DNA of 64,000 nucleotides, taken from contig JBBQVH010000022.1 in NCBI GenBank assembly GCA_038211695.1, forward strand, positions 1,602 to 65,601. Direction: 5' to 3'. Source of the stretch: Blastocatellia bacterium. Lineage in GTDB: Bacteria > Acidobacteriota > Blastocatellia > RBC074. Shown here one piece after another: positions 19,580-31,583 of the stretch; within the stretch, counting starts at the first letter, position 1, and every line of letters begins with the position of its first letter. Made by a program: the position numbers and the translations under genes. The notes under the pieces were generated by a model, which saw only the letters and a program-made list of their open reading frames with translations, had not been told where the DNA came from and did no database searches.

Positions 19580-21057
19580 AACCTTCTCCGCGCGGGCGAT
19601 TGATCAATCAGCATTTTGGCGGCCTCGGCCATGCGCCAGCCTGCCCGGTCATCAATTGGCCCGCAGACGCGTTCGACGATCCAGCGGCGCTTTTCACGAT
19701 GCAGTTCCGGTTGGCACAGATACGTTTCGGTGGCCCTCACCATCTCGTCCATGTTTTTGACCATCCACAATGCCCCCGATTCGGCAATCGGTTTGAAGTG
19801 GTTCCATTTGTGATTGGCGTCTTCGACCAGTTGGCGATTGGGGGTGCCGGGTTCGGGATCGAAATCCAGGTTGACAACCGGCCGGTCGAAGATCGCCGCG
19901 TCAATCGCCATCGTCGAAGACAGGTTGATGACGACGTCAGCATGGCGGACGGTGTTGACCCATTCAACGATGCTCTCTTCGTTCTGGAAAGGCGTCTTGC
20001 TCCAACTGCGATGCGGGCCTTGAATGACGACCTGCGGGTATTTGGCGCGGACCGGTTCCAGCGCCGTCAGCGCCGCTTCCAGCTTGGCCGGATGCGGGCG
20101 AATGATCAGTTGCGCTTGCGACAGCGCCGGGTGCGCGAACATCCGTTCGGCGAAATCCACCGCGCCGTAATCTTCGCGGAGCATGTTGGGCGAGCCGAGC
20201 GAATAGAGAATCACCGGACGGGCGGGATCAAGGCCGTACCCGCGCAGGAATTCTTCGCGCGACCGGCGGTACCGCGGCTGGAAGAAAACGTCGTATTGCG
20301 GCGAACCGGCGACGATCACCGGGCGGTTGCGGCTTTGCGGATAGAATTCATGAAGCTCGTCCTTCATCTGCTCCGACCAGACAACATAGGAATCGTACTG
20401 ATAGACCAGCCTGTGTTTGGTCGAAATGTTGTCCCACGAAGTAATGAAGGCCAGCGTCGGAATCTTCAACCGCTTGGCCGCCGCCGCCATAACCATATGC
20501 GGTTCGGTGAACGGATACATCGCCACGACCAGGTCGGGGCGTTCTTTCTCAAACCAGGCCAGCGTTGACGCCGGAACGCCGTATCGCACCAGCGCCTTTT
20601 CCAGCATCTTCTCGGCCCAGTTTTCCAGTCCCAGCGGCGACAGGCCCTTGGCGATGGCGCGGAGCATGTGCTCGCGCCGCGCGCTTTCGTTCGCTTTCCG
20701 GGTTTGCCAGAAGCTTTCGCGGCTGGCCGACAGTTTTTTATGATCCCACAAATAGGTTTCCAGGCGGCGCACCAAGGTCAGTTTGTACGGAAACGACTGC
20801 GCCAGCGAAAACGGCCTGAAGTATTTGCCGTAGGGGTGATGATGCGGAAAGGTCTGTTCGGAAACCGCATCGCTCAAAATCACCGGTTCGGCAAAGCTGG
20901 TCAGATGATCCAGAAACGAGCTGTACAGCAGAATGCGGTCGGTGGCGAACAGCGACGAAGCGCAGAGCACCTTCGGTTTGGGCTGGGACGCGACGGTTGG
21001 CGGCATGTCGGAATGGGAAGCAGTTTGAATCGTCTGGTTGGGTGCGCAATCAATCAT
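19576..21057 (-). CDS. Uncharacterised GT-B-like transferase (TagF/KpsS-like features), paralog of 18155..19579
   Basis: 493-aa ORF. VILYSLGSP and IIRPHPAK resemble the 'YAPT' and 'K-HP' blocks of TagF/Capsule_synth-type enzymes (from memory, unverified). Confidence 0.5.
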   Translation of the reverse strand: MIDCAPNQTIQTASHSDMPPTVASQPKPKVLCASSLFATDRILLYSSFLDHLTSFAEPVILSDAVSEQTFPHHHPYGKYFRPFSLAQSFPYKLTLVRRLETYLWDHKKLSASRESFWQTRKANESARREHMLRAIAKGLSPLGLENWAEKMLEKALVRYGVPASTLAWFEKERPDLVVAMYPFTEPHMVMAAAAKRLKIPTLAFITSWDNISTKHRLVYQYDSYVVWSEQMKDELHEFYPQSRNRPVIVAGSPQYDVFFQPRYRRSREEFLRGYGLDPARPVILYSLGSPNMLREDYGAVDFAERMFAHPALSQAQLIIRPHPAKLEAALTALEPVRAKYPQVVIQGPHRSWSKTPFQNEESIVEWVNTVRHADVVINLSSTMAIDAAIFDRPVVNLDFDPEPGTPNRQLVEDANHKWNHFKPIAESGALWMVKNMDEMVRATETYLCQPELHREKRRWIVERVCGPIDDRAGWRMAEAAKMLIDQSPARRRF

Positions 21058-21099
21058 TTTGAAATTCGATAAAAGGCCGCAGGCAAAGTCTTCTAACGT

Positions 21100-22071
21100 T
21101 CATTGCTGAACCGCGGGGCGCTGACAACGCGCCTCGACGCCATTGCCGCCGTATTCGGCCCAAATCTCTTTTGCGCCCAGACCTTCCAGCGTCGCGCGAA
21201 TCTGTCCGCGCGTGCGGAAGTGTTTGAACCAATCGGTCAGCGAATCGTGAGTGTCCAGCAGCGCCCATTCCCGTTGCAATTCGTCGGTCAATCCCGGAAA
21301 CGCCCGGTAATAACAAAGCACGGGCGAAACGCGGCTGAGCACCATTTGCGCCGGATGGAACGACCGCGCGGCTTTGTGCAGCGGCAGAAAGACATCCACC
21401 AGACGCTCCGTCCATTTCAGCCCCTGGTCCGGCGGCATCCGGCGTAGTACTTTCCGAAAGAGCCTCGCGGACTTCGTGTAATAGGAAAGGCTGTGCGTGT
21501 AATGATCAAAGATCAGCCAGCCACCGGGTTTGACTTGGTTATAGAGTGCGGCAATGGTTTCTTCAGGAGAGGGTGTGTGCTGCACCACGCCCAGACAGAG
21601 CACGACATCGAATTGTCGTGGCGCAAAAGGCAATTTCAAGATGTCGGCTTGGGCGATGCGGTGCGCACCATTTTGCGGGAAATTGTCCTGATTGGCTTCG
21701 ACGGCTTCGCTTAGATCAACCGACGTAACGCGCGCGCCGCGATCAAGCAGCACCTCAGTAAAGCGGCCCGCGCCGCAACCGGCTTCAAGAACGTATTTCC
21801 CTGGCAAGTGATCCCATAATTCATCGCCAAAGCATCTGGCCAGGCGATCCCTGGAAATCGGCACGCCTGAATGCGAGTCCAGTTGCGTCAACCGGTACCG
21901 GTTCCATTGCAGGCCGAAGGCCGCCGTGTAACTGGAATTCGGCACGAATCGGGGGATGCCTTTACGGCTTGCGTACGAACACCCGTCGGGGCAAACGAAA
22001 TCGCCATTTCGATCCACCAGTGTCTGCTGATGCGCTGGGCATACCCACGCGGGCCAGGGGGTCTCTGTCAC
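21100..22071 (-). CDS. Class I SAM-dependent methyltransferase with N-terminal Cys-rich (zinc-ribbon-like) segment
   Basis: Motif I VLEAGCGAGRFTEVL. N-terminal CPAH...CPDGC. GTG start. Confidence 0.85.
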   Translation of the reverse strand: MTETPWPAWVCPAHQQTLVDRNGDFVCPDGCSYASRKGIPRFVPNSSYTAAFGLQWNRYRLTQLDSHSGVPISRDRLARCFGDELWDHLPGKYVLEAGCGAGRFTEVLLDRGARVTSVDLSEAVEANQDNFPQNGAHRIAQADILKLPFAPRQFDVVLCLGVVQHTPSPEETIAALYNQVKPGGWLIFDHYTHSLSYYTKSARLFRKVLRRMPPDQGLKWTERLVDVFLPLHKAARSFHPAQMVLSRVSPVLCYYRAFPGLTDELQREWALLDTHDSLTDWFKHFRTRGQIRATLEGLGAKEIWAEYGGNGVEARCQRPAVQQ

Positions 22072-22177
22072 AGTTGCTCTTCTCCTCTCGAAAACCTGGG
22101 AGCGCGGGCGTCCCGCCCGCTGTAGATTGAAGCGCGAAGCATCCTTTTCCCTCTTTTGCGCAGGCCCTGTTCAGTAA

Positions 22178-23445
22178 TCATTGCGTTGCGGTCGGCACGA
22201 TCTGTGCGGAGGTGGAAGGCGTTGGCTGCAAGCGCCAGTCGACATCGGGGCTGAGCATGGCCTTTCCGTGATGTTTGAACTCGCCGTGGACTTCGACGAT
22301 GGCGCGTTCCGACATCACCCTGCCAGAAGACGAAGAAGACGAATCGGCATTCAGCACGATGAACTTGAAGTAAGCCGTATAGACGCCTGGCGCCATCCAC
22401 AGGGCGGGCAGGTCCAGTTCCAGCCGGTAAACGCCGTCAATCAGCTCCGCGCCGATGTCATTGCCGTTGATACGGCTGTGGACAACCGTGTTGCCGGTGA
22501 AATCTTCGATGATGAAATACATCGAAGGATTGCGAACCTGTTGCCCGGCCACCGGCAACGTCACTTTGAACGGTTCGCCCGAAACGATGGCGTTGCCCGC
22601 GCGGCTGTGAATCTGCACTTGCCCGACGACGAACGGCTTGGCACCGGCTTCAACGACGATGGGTTTTTCTTCGACCAGTTTCAGGTACCGGCCAATGCAT
22701 TCCGCCGAACCGCCTTGAAAAGCGACGTGTCCGGCGTCCAGCAAAATGCCGCTCTGACACAGTTCTTTCACCGCGCTCATGTTGTGGCTGACAAAAACCA
22801 CCGTGCGGCCCTCTCTGGCCACTTCGCTCATCTTGCCCAGACACTTCTTTTGAAACGCGGCGTCGCCGACGGCCAGCACCTCATCCACGAACAGAATCTC
22901 CGACTCCAGATTTGCGGCGACGGCGAAAGCCAGCCGCAGGTACATCCCCGATGAATAGCGTTTGACGGGCGTGTCAATAAACTTTTCGACTTCGGCGAAG
23001 GCGACAATCTCATCGAATTTGCGCGTGATCTCCTCCCGGTGCATGCCCAGAATCGCCCCATTCAAAAAGATGTTTTCGCGCCCGGTCAGTTCCTGGTGAA
23101 AGCCCGTGCCGACTTCCAACAGCGAACGCACGCGGCCCTGAATGTCAGCATATCCGGTGGTCGGTTCGGTAATGCGCGACAGGACTTTCAGCAGCGTGCT
23201 TTTGCCCGCGCCGTTGCGTCCGATGACACCGACGGCTTCGCCGCGTGGAACCTCAAACGAAACATCGCGCAGCGCCCAGAACGTCCCTGCCTCCGGCTTC
23301 GCCGCCTTCTTTCCGAAAGAACGAACGGCGCGCAATGGCGCTGCCAGAATATGCGCGATGGAATCGCGCATGGTTTTATAACTTTCCTGTTGTTGGCCGA
23401 TCTGGTACTGCTTGCCCAGTCCAACCACTTTGATCGCTGTGTTTG

Positions 23446-23449
<4 letters not shown>
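22178..23449 (-). CDS. wzt: Polysaccharide/O-antigen ABC exporter ATP-binding protein with C-terminal extension (Wzt-like)
   Basis: Walker A GRNGAGKST, signature YSSGM, Walker B ILFVDEVLAVGD, plus a ~190-aa beta-rich C-terminal domain. Start set at ATG 23449 (ATGA overlap with the upstream stop). The track start is 23512. Confidence 0.85.
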
Positions 23450-25209
<1,760 letters not shown>

Positions 25210-25227
25210 GGCGATTAAAAGTCGAAG

Positions 25228-25947
25228 TTAAATGTTTCCGGTTGGTTTGCCACTTGGTCTTTTGGATAAAAGCGTTTCTGCGAGTTGCCAATCTTCCGGC
25301 GTATCAATATTGGCGCTGTGAGCAGGGTCTAGCGGAAGGCCTTTGAAGCGGCTTCCATAAAAACTGTTGCCTTCTATCAAAACATTTCGCCGCACGACGT
25401 AAACAGAGCCTTCGCGGTGAAACGCTGGCGGCAGACTTTGGCGGCGCGGAATCGGCACGTCTTCACCGGTGCTCAATTTCAGCAAGCCGCTTTCGTCCTG
25501 GAAGTAAACCCAATGCGGATTGTATTCGGCAGGCACGGGCAAGATGGTGGCGACGGCGTCAGCGTCGCTCGATTCCAGCAGTTCGATGCAGGCGTCAATA
25601 TCTTCGCTGCGGCGCAGCGGATTGGTTGGTTGCAGCAGACACAATGCGTCGAAGTGCTCGCCCGCTTCTTCCAGCATTCGCACGGCGTGTTGCGCCACGG
25701 GTAAGGTTGGCGTTGAGTCCAGCGCCAATTCCGCCGGGCGCAGAAAGGGAACGTCCAATCCGCAGGCACGTCCGATGGCAGCGATCTCGTCATCGTCCGT
25801 GCTTAGAATCACGCGCGACAATCGTTTGCTGTTCAGGGCCGCTTCCGCCGTGTAAGCCAGCAGTGGTTTGCCGCACAGCAGCTTGATGTTTTTGCGCGGC
25901 ACGCCTTTCGATCCGCCGCGCGCTGGAATCAATCCTAAAACTCTCAT
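25228..25947 (-). CDS. neuA: Acylneuraminate (nonulosonate) cytidylyltransferase
   Basis: MRVLGLIPARGGSKGVPRKNIKLLCGKPLL N-terminal signature. ATG 25947 overlaps the upstream stop (ATGA). The Arg-rich 102-aa extension in the track ORF is discarded. Confidence 0.85.
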   Translation of the reverse strand: MRVLGLIPARGGSKGVPRKNIKLLCGKPLLAYTAEAALNSKRLSRVILSTDDDEIAAIGRACGLDVPFLRPAELALDSTPTLPVAQHAVRMLEEAGEHFDALCLLQPTNPLRRSEDIDACIELLESSDADAVATILPVPAEYNPHWVYFQDESGLLKLSTGEDVPIPRRQSLPPAFHREGSVYVVRRNVLIEGNSFYGSRFKGLPLDPAHSANIDTPEDWQLAETLLSKRPSGKPTGNI

Positions 25948-27155
25948 TTTGCCGCTGCCGCCGCTCCTTCTTCGTAAATGTAATTCAGCCGCTTCTGCAC
26001 ATAAGGTTTGAGCGTTACCAGACCGTCGGCGATGCGCTCGGAGACATACCCATCGCCGTACAGCTTGCTTGGCGCGTAACGTCCGTGTTCCAACTCCCGG
26101 CGAATGATCGAATGGATTTGGTCGGCCACGGGCGCGGTTTGCGTAACGTGAATGTCGGTTTCGCGGCCTTCCTGCCGGTTGCCGACCAGCACGACGGGCG
26201 TGCCGAAATAGCTGGCGTCGCGGACGAAGCTGCTGGAATTGCCGATGGCGCAAGCCGCGTTGGCCAGCACTTTCAGGTAATTTTCGGGACTCAGGTTGGT
26301 AATTGTCCGCAGCCAGTCGGGTTTGTGGTGATCGCGGAAGACGCGAATTGCTTTGCTGATGTGATCGGCACCCGCGTCAATGTTTGGCCACAGCAGCAGT
26401 GTCGGCCAAAGCTCTGGCCTAACTTCTGGATGCTGTAAACGGTTCAGCGCTTCCAGCATCGCTTCCATCTGCGCGCGCGCGCCACCGAATTCAGTGGTCG
26501 TTGGATGGAAGAGCACCAGCAAGTAAGGCTTCGTCACATCAATCGGCACGCCGCCGCCCACTGTATTGACGACTTCCGGCGCGAGCGTTCGATCCAGCAG
26601 CCGCGCGATGTCTGACGACGGGCAGCCAATAGCCAGTACGTTTTCCGGCTTCTCGCCCATGCGAATCAGGTATTCCGCCGAACGTTTGGTGCTGGGGAAA
26701 TGGAAGTGCGCATACTTTGAAATCGCATGCCGCGTGCTTTCGTCAATTGAACCGGAGACCTCGCCGCCTTGAATGTGCGCGATGCAGATGTTCATAAACG
26801 CTGCGGCCAGCGCGGCTCCCAATGCTTCGTAACGGTCGCCGATAATCAACACAACATCCGGTTTCAAGCGTTGGAATTCGCTGGCGAATTCGACCACGGC
26901 AAAGCCGACGGATTTGGCCATCGTCGCGGGCGTCGAACCTTCCAGTTCGATATAAATTTCGCCGTCCACGTTGAACCCGTCACGTTTGACGACGTTGACC
27001 GGCAGGTCAAAACGCTCCAGCACCATTGTGCCTGCGGCAACAATCTGCAATTCCAGTTCAGGGCGCGCGGCAATCGCGTGCATGACTGGTTTCAATCTTC
27101 CGTAATTGGCGCGGTCAACCAACACCACACAAATTTTTCGTCGGGGTTCACTCAT
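25944..27155 (-). CDS. neuC: UDP-N-acetylglucosamine 2-epimerase (hydrolysing), NeuC-like
   Basis: GDRYEALGAALAAAFMNICIAHIQGGEVSGSIDESTRHAISKYAHFHF. ATG 27155 is preceded by GAGGAG at 6 nt. The track start (TTG 27197) is less likely. Confidence 0.85.
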   Translation of the reverse strand: MSEPRRKICVVLVDRANYGRLKPVMHAIAARPELELQIVAAGTMVLERFDLPVNVVKRDGFNVDGEIYIELEGSTPATMAKSVGFAVVEFASEFQRLKPDVVLIIGDRYEALGAALAAAFMNICIAHIQGGEVSGSIDESTRHAISKYAHFHFPSTKRSAEYLIRMGEKPENVLAIGCPSSDIARLLDRTLAPEVVNTVGGGVPIDVTKPYLLVLFHPTTTEFGGARAQMEAMLEALNRLQHPEVRPELWPTLLLWPNIDAGADHISKAIRVFRDHHKPDWLRTITNLSPENYLKVLANAACAIGNSSSFVRDASYFGTPVVLVGNRQEGRETDIHVTQTAPVADQIHSIIRRELEHGRYAPSKLYGDGYVSERIADGLVTLKPYVQKRLNYIYEEGAAAAAK

Positions 27156-27172
27156 CCGGTTCTCCTCGTCAT

Positions 27173-28135
27173 TCAAAATGCTGTCGCGTCCTTGCAATCA
27201 ATCCGGCGAATGGCAAACACGTCATCACCTACAGCGGTCGCGCCAACTTCGGTTGCAAACGAACAAGCGAAGCCAAGCCGTTGAAGTTCGCGCACCGTCG
27301 TTGCGTTGAAAGTATGCTGCTTGCCATATGGGTAAGTGAACGGCCACCGCGTTTGCGCATTCAGATTTTGCCGGATCAGCCGATGACACAAGGTTAGGTC
27401 GTCCGTCTGCGCATCATCCGTCATCGTCGCCAGCGCCTGATGTCGGTGCGAGTGGCCGCCGATTACCATTCCCGCATTTTGCATCTGCCGCGCTTCATCC
27501 CAACTCAGGTAAAGCTCGCGCGCAAACTCCGCTTCGTCACCGAGCCGTTCAACAAAAATCTCGCGCACGATTTCATCACGCAGCGCCGCATCGAGTTTGA
27601 AGTTGAACAGAAACTTGAATGCTGCGATTGCCGGCTCATCCCAGCGATAGGTGTGACGAACTTGCTCGGCGTTCATCTCCGCGATGCTTGGCAGCTCGTC
27701 GATTGTCGGAGCATCCGGCGCTTTATCACGCAGGCGTTGCATAAAAGCTTGTTGATATTCGTTGAATTCGAGCGCGGCCATCAGGAAATGATTCATATGC
27801 ACCGGTGCAACGCGATGTTCTTCCAGCGCGGAGGTGATAACGAAAAACAGTCCTTCGATTTTGCGCTCGACCAGGATCGGCATGACTTCGGCGAAGTGTT
27901 CTTTCAATCCGTCGTCAAACGTCAGCAGGCACAGATCGCGTTTTGGCCTGTAATCGCCGTGCAGGAATGCCAGCGCCGTTTCGAGCGTCGCCATTTCATA
28001 CTGTTCAGCCAACATCGCCACTTGCGTGCGAAACTCATCCGTCAGCATGCCTTTGATGCGCGGGAACCGCGTGCGCGGCAGGTCGCGCACGTAGTGATAC
28101 ATGACGGTGTGTAACTGATGGTTTGCGGAATTCAT
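27173..28135 (-). CDS. Polysaccharide deacetylase (NodB-homology) family protein
   Basis: MYHYV ... LLTFDDGLKEHF motif. ATG 28135 is preferred over the TTG track start at 28165. Confidence 0.75.
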   Translation of the reverse strand: MNSANHQLHTVMYHYVRDLPRTRFPRIKGMLTDEFRTQVAMLAEQYEMATLETALAFLHGDYRPKRDLCLLTFDDGLKEHFAEVMPILVERKIEGLFFVITSALEEHRVAPVHMNHFLMAALEFNEYQQAFMQRLRDKAPDAPTIDELPSIAEMNAEQVRHTYRWDEPAIAAFKFLFNFKLDAALRDEIVREIFVERLGDEAEFARELYLSWDEARQMQNAGMVIGGHSHRHQALATMTDDAQTDDLTLCHRLIRQNLNAQTRWPFTYPYGKQHTFNATTVRELQRLGFACSFATEVGATAVGDDVFAIRRIDCKDATAF

Positions 28136-28170
28136 AAAGCTAGGACTTATGCAAAAGCGGATCAAATGTG

Positions 28171-28233
28171 GCGCGAGTTGCCTACTCGCGCAGCCAATTC
28201 ATTACAGAACGGTGCGAGTAAACAACTCGCACC
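28171..28233. repeat. Two tandem short perfect hairpins in an intra-operon spacer
   Basis: GCGCGAGT-tgcct-ACTCGCGC (28171-28191) and GGTGCGAGT-aaaca-ACTCGCACC (28211-28233). Confidence 0.7.
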
Positions 28234-28258
28234 ACACTTTGCGTAAGTCCTGAAAGCG

Positions 28259-29380
28259 TTAGTTTGGGCGATCCTGATCGGCGTCCGACTTCGTCCAGTA
28301 CCAGTTGCAATCCGGGCTGGCAGTGCAGGCGGGCCTATCGCCCGCGATAAACATCGAACTCATAATCGCCGCGCTCTTGCCATCCAGCGGTTGGAATCGC
28401 GCCGGAATCGCAGCACCGTCTGCGTGCGATTCCATAGGCAGGAAATTGTTTTCGCTCAGCCAGTGGCGCGTTTCGCCGTGATACCCGTAAAAGTCCGCGC
28501 CAACCGCATCGGCTTCGAGCAGTTGTTGAAAAAAGGCCGTCAGCAATTCGCGGGCGTTGTCACGCGATGCCGGAAGGAATTCAACCATGCGGCCAACGCG
28601 ATCAAAAAACTCTTCGCCTGCTTCGGTTTTGCGGCGAATCGTCTCCAGCCGCCAGACCAGCAAACCATCGTCGAGCGTAACGAAGCGATAATCGAAGCGC
28701 GGATGCTGACGATAGCGCCAGTTCAAATACGCCGCGTTGCGGGCCGCGCCGATGGTTGTCCGGGCGATGCGTGGCCAGCAGGTTTGATCCCATTCATCAG
28801 GCAAATCATTGATCGCTTCGGTGGATGTTTCGTTGATCGCGGGCAATGTGAATGCCGCGGCCAATGCCAGCGCCCGTTCGCGCGGCCAATCGGGATGTGT
28901 CAGATGAATCAACTCCGCCATTCGATCCACGGCGTGCGGCAGCGTCACAACGTGGCGCGGAATGTTTTCCAGCAAGCGCCAGCGCAACACTTGATAGATG
29001 GGCGCGGTCTTCGGGTTAATGCCGAAGGCAATGGTCGCCTGGTATGGCGCGCGCCGCATGGTGTTCAAAAGCTGCACGGCCAATGATCCGCGCCGGTTGT
29101 CCGGCTTGAGCATGTACTGCGCCAGCCACAGCGCGGGCGCAGTTTGTCCAAACTGATTCAGTTCGAATGGAATGCTGCCCAGAATGCCGATGACTTCGCC
29201 GCTCTCTTCGGCCAGCGCGAATGAATATCCGTCGCGATCCCACAAATCGCTGCGTCCATACGTCCAATCGAACAGCTTCCGGTCGCGCACGTAGATGTGA
29301 TCCGCCGCCCAGTAATCAGCCAGAAAGCGGCTGATGCGCGGATATTCATCAAAGCTGGCGTAACGCAGTTCAACAGGCAT
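28259..29380 (-). CDS. Hypothetical protein (possible acyltransferase-fold, function unknown)
   Basis: 373-aa ORF with an ATG start 4 nt after the ACP stop, inside the acyl/nonulosonate module. I can name no diagnostic motif. Confidence 0.6.
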   Translation of the reverse strand: MPVELRYASFDEYPRISRFLADYWAADHIYVRDRKLFDWTYGRSDLWDRDGYSFALAEESGEVIGILGSIPFELNQFGQTAPALWLAQYMLKPDNRRGSLAVQLLNTMRRAPYQATIAFGINPKTAPIYQVLRWRLLENIPRHVVTLPHAVDRMAELIHLTHPDWPRERALALAAAFTLPAINETSTEAINDLPDEWDQTCWPRIARTTIGAARNAAYLNWRYRQHPRFDYRFVTLDDGLLVWRLETIRRKTEAGEEFFDRVGRMVEFLPASRDNARELLTAFFQQLLEADAVGADFYGYHGETRHWLSENNFLPMESHADGAAIPARFQPLDGKSAAIMSSMFIAGDRPACTASPDCNWYWTKSDADQDRPN

Positions 29381-29383
29381 TGC

Positions 29384-29638
29384 TTAGATAGTGGGAATCG
29401 CCGCCAGCTTCTCTTCGATCAGGTCAACGATCAGTTCGACTGAAAGCATTTGTTCAATCTCTTCCGGTGAGAACTGCAAGTCGAACTCTTTTTCCAACGC
29501 CAGCACGACGTTCAAATGTTGCAGTGAATCCCAGCCTTCAATGTTGTCTGGTGACGATGAAGTGGAGATTTGATCGGGCGAGAGACTGAAAACGTCCGCC
29601 ACAATGTCGCGGACGCGTTCAAACAGTAAGCTGTTCAA
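29384..29638 (-). CDS. Acyl carrier protein
   Basis: GWDSLQHLNVVLALEKEF contains the DSL phosphopantetheine-attachment serine. About 84 aa if the in-frame TTG 29638 is the start (the track ORF extends to 29701 and overlaps the FkbH-like gene). Confidence 0.8.
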   Translation of the reverse strand: MNSLLFERVRDIVADVFSLSPDQISTSSSPDNIEGWDSLQHLNVVLALEKEFDLQFSPEEIEQMLSVELIVDLIEEKLAAIPTI

Positions 29639-31583
29639 GATGCAATGACTCCTTATTCGTTTGGGCGCTGACTTGCAGTTTGATCCATTCAGGACAGGCA
29701 AGCTGTGATTGCTGAAGCTGAAGGTCTACCGAATACAATTTGCCGTCGCCGGTCTCTTCAATAACTTGAAAAGCGTGATCGCGGTAGAAGCTGTTTGCCG
29801 GTGCGTTCTTCTTGGTCGGCAGAAACCAGCCTTGCAATTGCCGCGCGCCGTTGTCTCGCGCTTCTTCAGCAAGAAAGCTGAGCAGCGCAGTTTCGACCGT
29901 GCGGCCAATGACGCGGCAGCTCAACAGAAACGCGTCAATTTCCCAAACGTTGCGCTCGGCTTTCGCAATCATCACGCCAACCAGGCCGTGATCGCCGAAG
30001 CGGTCTTTCACGCTGGCGGTATAAACGCGCCATTCGCTGTTGCCTGCGATCTCGGCGATTCGCTGCTCGCTGTAACGCCGCGTGGTCAAGTTGAACTGAT
30101 TGGTCTTCTGCGTCAGTTGCGCCGTGCGAGCCAGCGTCATCGGCGTAACCGGTTCAATCATGACTTCCTGTTCCAGCGAACGGTAAAAGTCTTCGATGGA
30201 AGTGGCACCGATTTGCAGTTCGGCGCGCTGGCGCTGTTCGGCGTAATGGCGTCCACGTTCGCGGTCTTCGGCGGAAAGCGTCAGTCGTTCAAACACGGCG
30301 CAGTTGCGCAAGGTTGCGGCATAATCTTTTGAATCTTTCGGCAATTCAATGACGGTGACTTCGGGCAGTTCCTGCCGCGCGCGCGCGCATTCCGCCGGGT
30401 TGTCGTCAATGAAAGCAATCGCATCCAAACCGATGTTCAGTTCCGTGGCGATCTCGCGCAGATTTTGCGCCTTGTCCTGCCAGTTGATGCGTAGCGCGGC
30501 GAAATGGGCAGGGCGCAGAATCATTCCCGGATGCGTTTCGATGGCGGTCAGCGCGTCGGCTTCGTTGTTCTTGCTGTTGACGGCCAGGATGATGCCGCGC
30601 CGGTGCAGGTCCAGCATCGCCCGTTGCAGCGATTGAAAGTCCGCGCCGGGATATTCAGCGCCCAACTTGATGCCTTCCATTCCGTCTTCGCCGATGACGC
30701 CGCCCCACAGCGTGTTGTCCAAATCCGTGACCAACGCTTTGCAAATTCTGCCGGTCAGCGGGTGCAGGAAGCGCAGCCATTCGCCAGTCAATTCGGTGAA
30801 GGCGTCCACAGTCATCGGCAATCGCATCGTTAACCAGCGGCGTTCGTCGTGCCAGCGCGAGCGCCCGAAGCGCGCCACCACCGCGTCGTAATCCAGAAAG
30901 TAGACGCCGCGATGTTCGCCCGCCAGCCGCTGCAATTCGCGGTTGATGGTTTGAATGGCCGTGGCTTGGCTGTGCGCGGTTTGTGAATCCAGCGCACCTT
31001 GCGCAGGGAAGAGAGGTGTCTCCAACCCGTGAAGGATCAGATGCGCCTGACTGTTTTTGCCGAAGGCTTCAATCCAGTCATTGAAACTTGCAGTGATGCG
31101 GTTGACTTCGGCGTTGACGTCGTCAGGTGAAAGCGAGGTGAACGAATGCCAAAGCTCCGGCGCGATGTCGCGCGTTTGAATCGCCAGTACCACAACGTCC
31201 GGCGAGAAACGATAAAGCTTGCTGTCGGGATTGAAAATCTCCTGCGGGTAGGCATTGAAATCGCCAACCTGCACGGTCAGATCAATGCCGCTGGCAAAGG
31301 CCCCGGCGCGCAGCAGCAGCGCCAACGGTTCCACCGTGAACGAACGCAGAATCGCCAACCGGCACAGCGTCATCGGCAATCGCTCGCGCAGCCTTTCGAA
31401 CCGCGCGATCACGAAGTTGGCCGTCGCGGGGGAAGGCTGCTGTTGCCACAACGCAATCAGCGCATCGCGCGCCGCAAACCATTCTTCGCGAGTGATGTAG
31501 TTTTCAATCTGTTGCCGTTGGTTTCGCGGATCAGGCATTTTGAGGTTTGAGATTCGGAATTTGGGATTTGGCTTTTCGATCAC
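29619..31583 (-). CDS. FkbH-like HAD-superfamily (subfamily IIIC) protein with C-terminal GNAT-like region
   Basis: VTDLDNTLWGGVIGEDG (HAD motif I in an FkbH/IIIC context). The GTG start at 31583 overlaps the upstream stop. The alternative ATG 31538 would leave the heptamer tract non-coding. Confidence 0.8.
   Translation of the reverse strand: MIEKPNPKFRISNLKMPDPRNQRQQIENYITREEWFAARDALIALWQQQPSPATANFVIARFERLRERLPMTLCRLAILRSFTVEPLALLLRAGAFASGIDLTVQVGDFNAYPQEIFNPDSKLYRFSPDVVVLAIQTRDIAPELWHSFTSLSPDDVNAEVNRITASFNDWIEAFGKNSQAHLILHGLETPLFPAQGALDSQTAHSQATAIQTINRELQRLAGEHRGVYFLDYDAVVARFGRSRWHDERRWLTMRLPMTVDAFTELTGEWLRFLHPLTGRICKALVTDLDNTLWGGVIGEDGMEGIKLGAEYPGADFQSLQRAMLDLHRRGIILAVNSKNNEADALTAIETHPGMILRPAHFAALRINWQDKAQNLREIATELNIGLDAIAFIDDNPAECARARQELPEVTVIELPKDSKDYAATLRNCAVFERLTLSAEDRERGRHYAEQRQRAELQIGATSIEDFYRSLEQEVMIEPVTPMTLARTAQLTQKTNQFNLTTRRYSEQRIAEIAGNSEWRVYTASVKDRFGDHGLVGVMIAKAERNVWEIDAFLLSCRVIGRTVETALLSFLAEEARDNGARQLQGWFLPTKKNAPANSFYRDHAFQVIEETGDGKLYSVDLQLQQSQLACPEWIKLQVSAQTNKESLHLEQLTV
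31541..31575. repeat. Degenerate 7-nt tandem repeat (5 units, TGRGATT-like; decayed GCGGATT family)
   Basis: TGAGGTT TGAGATT CGGAATT TGGGATT TGGCTTT. Confidence 0.6.

Noticed and set aside
25948-26253. 102-aa N-terminal extension of the neuA ORF (MRHRQFQQLRPRRQLF...).
   Set aside because: It is Arg-rich nonsense overlapping the 3' end of neuC. The canonical cytidylyltransferase N-terminus starts at ATG 25947, with an ATGA overlap.
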